Shown one piece after another: positions 60,849-64,000 of a stretch of 64,000 nt of DNA (position 1 is its first letter; each line of letters begins with the position of its first letter). Below the pieces are notes generated by a model, which saw only the letters and a list, made by a program, of their open reading frames with translations, was not told the DNA's origin and searched no databases. Both the position numbers and the translations under genes were made by a program. The stretch comes from Steroidobacteraceae bacterium (GTDB lineage: Bacteria > Pseudomonadota > Gammaproteobacteria > Steroidobacterales > Steroidobacteraceae), in assembly GCA_049840395.1 (NCBI GenBank), contig JASGLD010000001.1, positions 612,366 to 676,365 of the forward strand, read 5' to 3'.

Positions 60849-61126
60849 AGCTGGATAAGTTAGCTGCGTTCGTGCTCATTAACGATTGGCGATGCACGGA
60901 GAACGATCTGAGCGACGCGCGCAAACGTCGCTATAGTGCTTGCATGAATGCGAGCGAAGTGTGACCTCTGGCGCAAAAAATTCGGTAAAGAAAACGATTG
61001 CTATCGACAAACAGCCATTATGTCCGCATCGCCGCGACAGTTGGGCAGCAGTGCAATGCTGCTGCCGGCCTTAGCGCTGACCAGCAGATTCACCGGGGCG
61101 GGTTATTGGCCTGCTCCGGTGCTGCA

Positions 61127-61534
61127 TTATTTCTTTTTTGCGGCTTTCTTGGCCGGCTTCTTTGCCTTGCGCTTCGCTTTAGAGGAAGTCTTTACTTTGG
61201 CTTTGGTCTTGCTGGCCTTAGGTTTCGCTTTCACCGACGTGCGCAGTTTAAGAACGACCTCGCCGGATACGGGATCGGTGACGCCAAGACCACCACCCAG
61301 GTCTTCCAGCAGATCGCGAAATGAATCCAGCACACCAATCATTTGTGGACGTGCTGCGGCCAGCGCTTTGAAATTGCGCCATTCGCCCACCATGCAAAAT
61401 GTCTGATCGCCGGTCTTAACCAGGTTGCCGGCCAGAAAACCTTTGAACTCTCGCTTGAGATTGCGGTGGGCATCGATGAACTTCTGTTCGTTGCCCGCTT
61501 TGACTTTGAAACGTACTACGTTGAACGCGGTCAT
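61127..61534 (-). CDS. ABM/Dabb-fold-like small protein with a histone-H1-like Lys/Ala-rich C-terminal tail
   Basis: ~100-aa ferredoxin-like N-terminal part, then KAKPKASKTKAKVKTSSKAKRKAKKPAKKAAKKK. Confidence 0.6.
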   Translation of the reverse strand: MTAFNVVRFKVKAGNEQKFIDAHRNLKREFKGFLAGNLVKTGDQTFCMVGEWRNFKALAAARPQMIGVLDSFRDLLEDLGGGLGVTDPVSGEVVLKLRTSVKAKPKASKTKAKVKTSSKAKRKAKKPAKKAAKKK

Positions 61535-61725
61535 GAGCCTCTCCTGATGAGTTATTGGTTAGGGAAGGTCAAGCGATGTTGGTATCGTCAGTGAAAATAA
61601 CTTCTTGCCGCATATTCGCCCTGGCGAGCATGACCATCACCCAACCTTGTTATCGCAGCGTAAGTCGCCAGCCCAGATTTAACTTACGCCCAAATTTGCA
61701 TTGGGTCTACCGGCGTCGATTGCTG

Positions 61726-62442
61726 TTATGGCTTCAGACCAACAATGTAGTCGGTGAGTTTCTGCAACACTTCTGCCCGCCATTCGCCGTGATCCTCCCG
61801 GTCGGGATCGGGCGACAGCCAGGTGACGGCCTTGTCGGCATCCTTGATGGCGTCACGCAGGTTCTTAATGTGTTCAATATTGAATTCACGAGGGTGTGTT
61901 GCCAGCCACACTTTATTGGGCAGGCTGGCCGCCCAACTGCTGACTTCTACCGGGGTTGCAATATTGGTGCTGTCCAATCCCATAAAACCCAGGTAGCGAA
62001 TGCGCATGACCGTTTCGGTCTTCTGGCGATTGTCGATGTTGATATCGGTGTTGAATAAATCCTGAGCGGTGGCCACGGGGTTGATGGCCGTCACACAGGT
62101 CAGTGCATTGTCCATGCTGGCGGCGGCTGCCAGAGCCACGTAACCGGCGCGATCATGGCCATAGGTGCAGATGGGCAACGCTGGATATTGTTTGCGCAGG
62201 GTGCGCGCGACCTCGGCTATGGCTGCGGCGGATGATTTCTGCCAGGCAGCAAAGGCATCTTTGGTGTTGGTAGCCGGAAACGCCAGAGGTACGTTGACCA
62301 CGCGTAATCCCAGTTGCGTGAAGACATGTAGATCCTCGGAAAATAAATTGGGAAATGTGGGGTCGCCGGAACGACTGACGTTAATACTTGGAACAATGAC
62401 CATGCCGCGTGCTGCGCTTTTGTTCGCCGGTTCGTAGATCAA
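61726..62442 (-). CDS. C-terminal alpha/beta-hydrolase domain of an S9-peptidase-like gene; in frame with 62470..63654 across a single TGA
   Basis: Same frame as the upstream ORF, separated by TGA at 62470-62472 plus 9 codons. The nucleophile-elbow position reads GHDRAG (Asp instead of Ser). Confidence 0.55.
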   Translation of the reverse strand: MIYEPANKSAARGMVIVPSINVSRSGDPTFPNLFSEDLHVFTQLGLRVVNVPLAFPATNTKDAFAAWQKSSAAAIAEVARTLRKQYPALPICTYGHDRAGYVALAAAASMDNALTCVTAINPVATAQDLFNTDINIDNRQKTETVMRIRYLGFMGLDSTNIATPVEVSSWAASLPNKVWLATHPREFNIEHIKNLRDAIKDADKAVTWLSPDPDREDHGEWRAEVLQKLTDYIVGLKP

Positions 62443-62469
62443 TACCGGCGCCTCCGGATTGATCAGCGA

Positions 62470-63654
62470 TCAATTGGTCTGCGGTGTGACCAGCGCGATG
62501 CTGGTTAGTGCAGGATGCAGGTCCGCAGTGCGAATCAATTTGCCGCGTTGCATATCGAAGATGACAAAAGACTCTGGATCGGAGAGGCTTTGTACGCTAA
62601 GCAGCAGGCGTTGCAGATTGTCGCTGGCGCCGATGACGGACAGGCGATAGCCCTCAAAACTTTTCTGCACGGCTTCGGTGGCGGCACGAATCTGCTCATT
62701 GAGCGCCATGAAGCGCACGCCGCTGTCGGTAGCCAGTTCGGCGCCGAACAAGCGTTCCGAATTGGTGGTGCGCACCGGTGCGACCGTGCTGCCGTAGCGG
62801 TCATACAGTTTCTGGAATTGTTGGACCTCGACACTGTTGGCTTCACTATCGCCGGCCACTTGTTTACCGATGTATTCGGCTAATGGCGATTCCAGCTTCT
62901 GTGGGTCTTCGCTTTGCCAGCCTAGTGTGCTGCCCGGTTCAAAGTAGCTGGCGACCAATTGTCCACCGGGTGTACGCGCCAGCACATGAATGATGTCGTT
63001 GCGATCGGTGAAGAAACGATCGACATAGCCATCGTAACTGGGAGCGGCAATGCGCGTTTTGTGATTGTTGACATCCCAGGCGCTGAAACAGATTTTAGGT
63101 ATCTGTTGAGTATCCACTACGTACTTCGCAGTGCAATCAAGCGCTCGCATCAGGATTTCATCCTTGTCGCCCCAGTGTGCATCGATCATGACGCCCTGGC
63201 TGGAGCCGCCAATGGTGCGCACTTTCTTGGCGGTCACATCCCATTCGGCCATGCCGCCCGAGGTGCTGGCGATAAGCTGCGTATCCGTGCGCCATACATA
63301 GTTATTGACGCGATAGGTATCGACGCTGCGCAGTGCCGGTACGATGCCGGCATCGGTGACTTCAAAGATAACCAGGCCGCTATAAGCCTCGCCTTTGTTC
63401 TTGGCATAGACATTCGCCGCCAGATACTTGCCGCTTGGGGATAATTTCGGGTCGCTGAGCTGCTGCGTTTGGGTAAAGGCCAACGCGATCGAGTCGGCGG
63501 CAACTCCGGATGTGGTATGCAGACAACTCAATAAAGCCAGTGCCGTGGCCCAGAAGGTTGAATGAGCGATACGACGATAAAGTTTGCCGGTCACGGATCC
63601 GTTTAGAGAACTACCGCAGGTCATCATGAGCGCCCCCTTATCCTTGTTCTGCAC
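62470..63654 (-). CDS. N-terminal signal peptide plus beta-propeller domain of an S9-peptidase-like protein
   Basis: Signal peptide and propeller-like repeats. Continuous with 61726..62442 except for the in-frame TGA. Confidence 0.6.
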   Translation of the reverse strand: MQNKDKGALMMTCGSSLNGSVTGKLYRRIAHSTFWATALALLSCLHTTSGVAADSIALAFTQTQQLSDPKLSPSGKYLAANVYAKNKGEAYSGLVIFEVTDAGIVPALRSVDTYRVNNYVWRTDTQLIASTSGGMAEWDVTAKKVRTIGGSSQGVMIDAHWGDKDEILMRALDCTAKYVVDTQQIPKICFSAWDVNNHKTRIAAPSYDGYVDRFFTDRNDIIHVLARTPGGQLVASYFEPGSTLGWQSEDPQKLESPLAEYIGKQVAGDSEANSVEVQQFQKLYDRYGSTVAPVRTTNSERLFGAELATDSGVRFMALNEQIRAATEAVQKSFEGYRLSVIGASDNLQRLLLSVQSLSDPESFVIFDMQRGKLIRTADLHPALTSIALVTPQTN

Positions 63655-63716
63655 TCAAGATGTCATGCGCCCGGAAATTTGCCAAGCCCTGTTCATTCCC
63701 GGTTAGCGCGGTCGGA

Positions 63717-64000
63717 TCATGATCGGGATTCTTCCTGGCGCAATTGCGTGGATAGTAATTCGCAGCTGTCATGCCACTGCCGCACCCAATCCGGCAGGGG
63801 TGGCGAGGGCGCGTCATGCGCCAGTTCGGCCAGTAGTTGCGCGGGTGGTAAGGGACCTTGCGGACCTTTGAACAGGCCGCGAATCAACACCACGCCGAGC
63901 ACGCGGCCATCGCGAATGAAGCGATGTTCGAGAAAACCCCATTTGTCGTCCCAGCCGAGCAGGCGGGTTTCCATAATGAAGGATTGAAAGGGTTTAAGGT
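63717..64000 (-). CDS. Acyl-CoA thioesterase (hotdog fold), partial; continues beyond the window end
   Basis: C-terminal part of a 4HBT-like fold (GRVLGVVLIRGLFKG). Confidence 0.5.
   Translation of the reverse strand, partial: LKPFQSFIMETRLLGWDDKWGFLEHRFIRDGRVLGVVLIRGLFKGPQGPLPPAQLLAELAHDAPSPPLPDWVRQWHDSCELLSTQLRQEESRS

Noticed and set aside
62470-62472. TGA in the S9-peptidase-like gene as selenocysteine
   Set aside because: No obvious SECIS-like hairpin is visible immediately downstream, no sel genes are in the window, and the adjacent catalytic motif is already degenerate. A pseudogene or sequence error is more parsimonious; this is left as a check.

Overview
The window reads as a high-GC (~60-65%) gammaproteobacterial chromosome of Xanthomonadales type. 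Lineage cues are the REP palindromes, the smc-zipA-ligA arrangement, the yciB/bolA/ppiC cluster, and acidic or basic low-complexity tails on ScpA, ScpB and RluB.

- **Core block, 1-42.3 kb.** Housekeeping genes: smc 3' end, zipA, ligA, an H-NOX/hybrid histidine kinase NO-sensing operon, ppiC-like PPIase, bolA, yciB, yciO, trpS, scpA, scpB, rluB, purU, a CysK-glutaredoxin fusion, a wHTH/TPR regulator, rhomboid, an MBL hydrolase, an ABC exporter, an MFS/TetR pair, an SPFH protein, and a giant modular surface lipoprotein gene broken by one in-frame TAA.
- **Mosaic-GC accessory island, ~42.3-55.9 kb.** It begins exactly at the stop of a methyltransferase gene with a truncated copy of a ~150-bp repeat. 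It contains a solitary low-GC HerA/FtsK-superfamily membrane ATPase and about 12 small, mostly co-oriented (minus-strand) cassette-like ORFs (VOC/glyoxalase, GNAT, TonB_C-like, TauE, many unknowns). Each is followed by an imperfect palindromic repeat. Two of these repeats carry textbook integron attC core sites (GCCTAAC...GTTAGGT, GCCTAAC...GTTAAGC) overlapping stop codons. No intI is present in the window, so this is a CALIN-like cassette array. Next come a RidA/Rieske-oxygenase/PhyH block and a duplicated phyH 3' end.
- **Distal core, 55.9-64 kb.** Tandem paralogous secreted proteins, a frameshifted Vgb-like beta-propeller gene bracketed by two copies of a ~200-bp MITE-like REP composite, a regulator, an ABM-like protein with a histone-H1-like tail, and an S9-peptidase-like gene interrupted by an in-frame TGA.
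- **Other structure.** Several REP/MITE families, a solo attC-like 183-bp palindrome upstream of H-NOX, a TetR operator pair, and an odd tRNA-like gene.
- **Limits.** No CRISPR, IS transposase or phage genes were seen. All calls are by eye from the sequence and ORF track; no searches were run.
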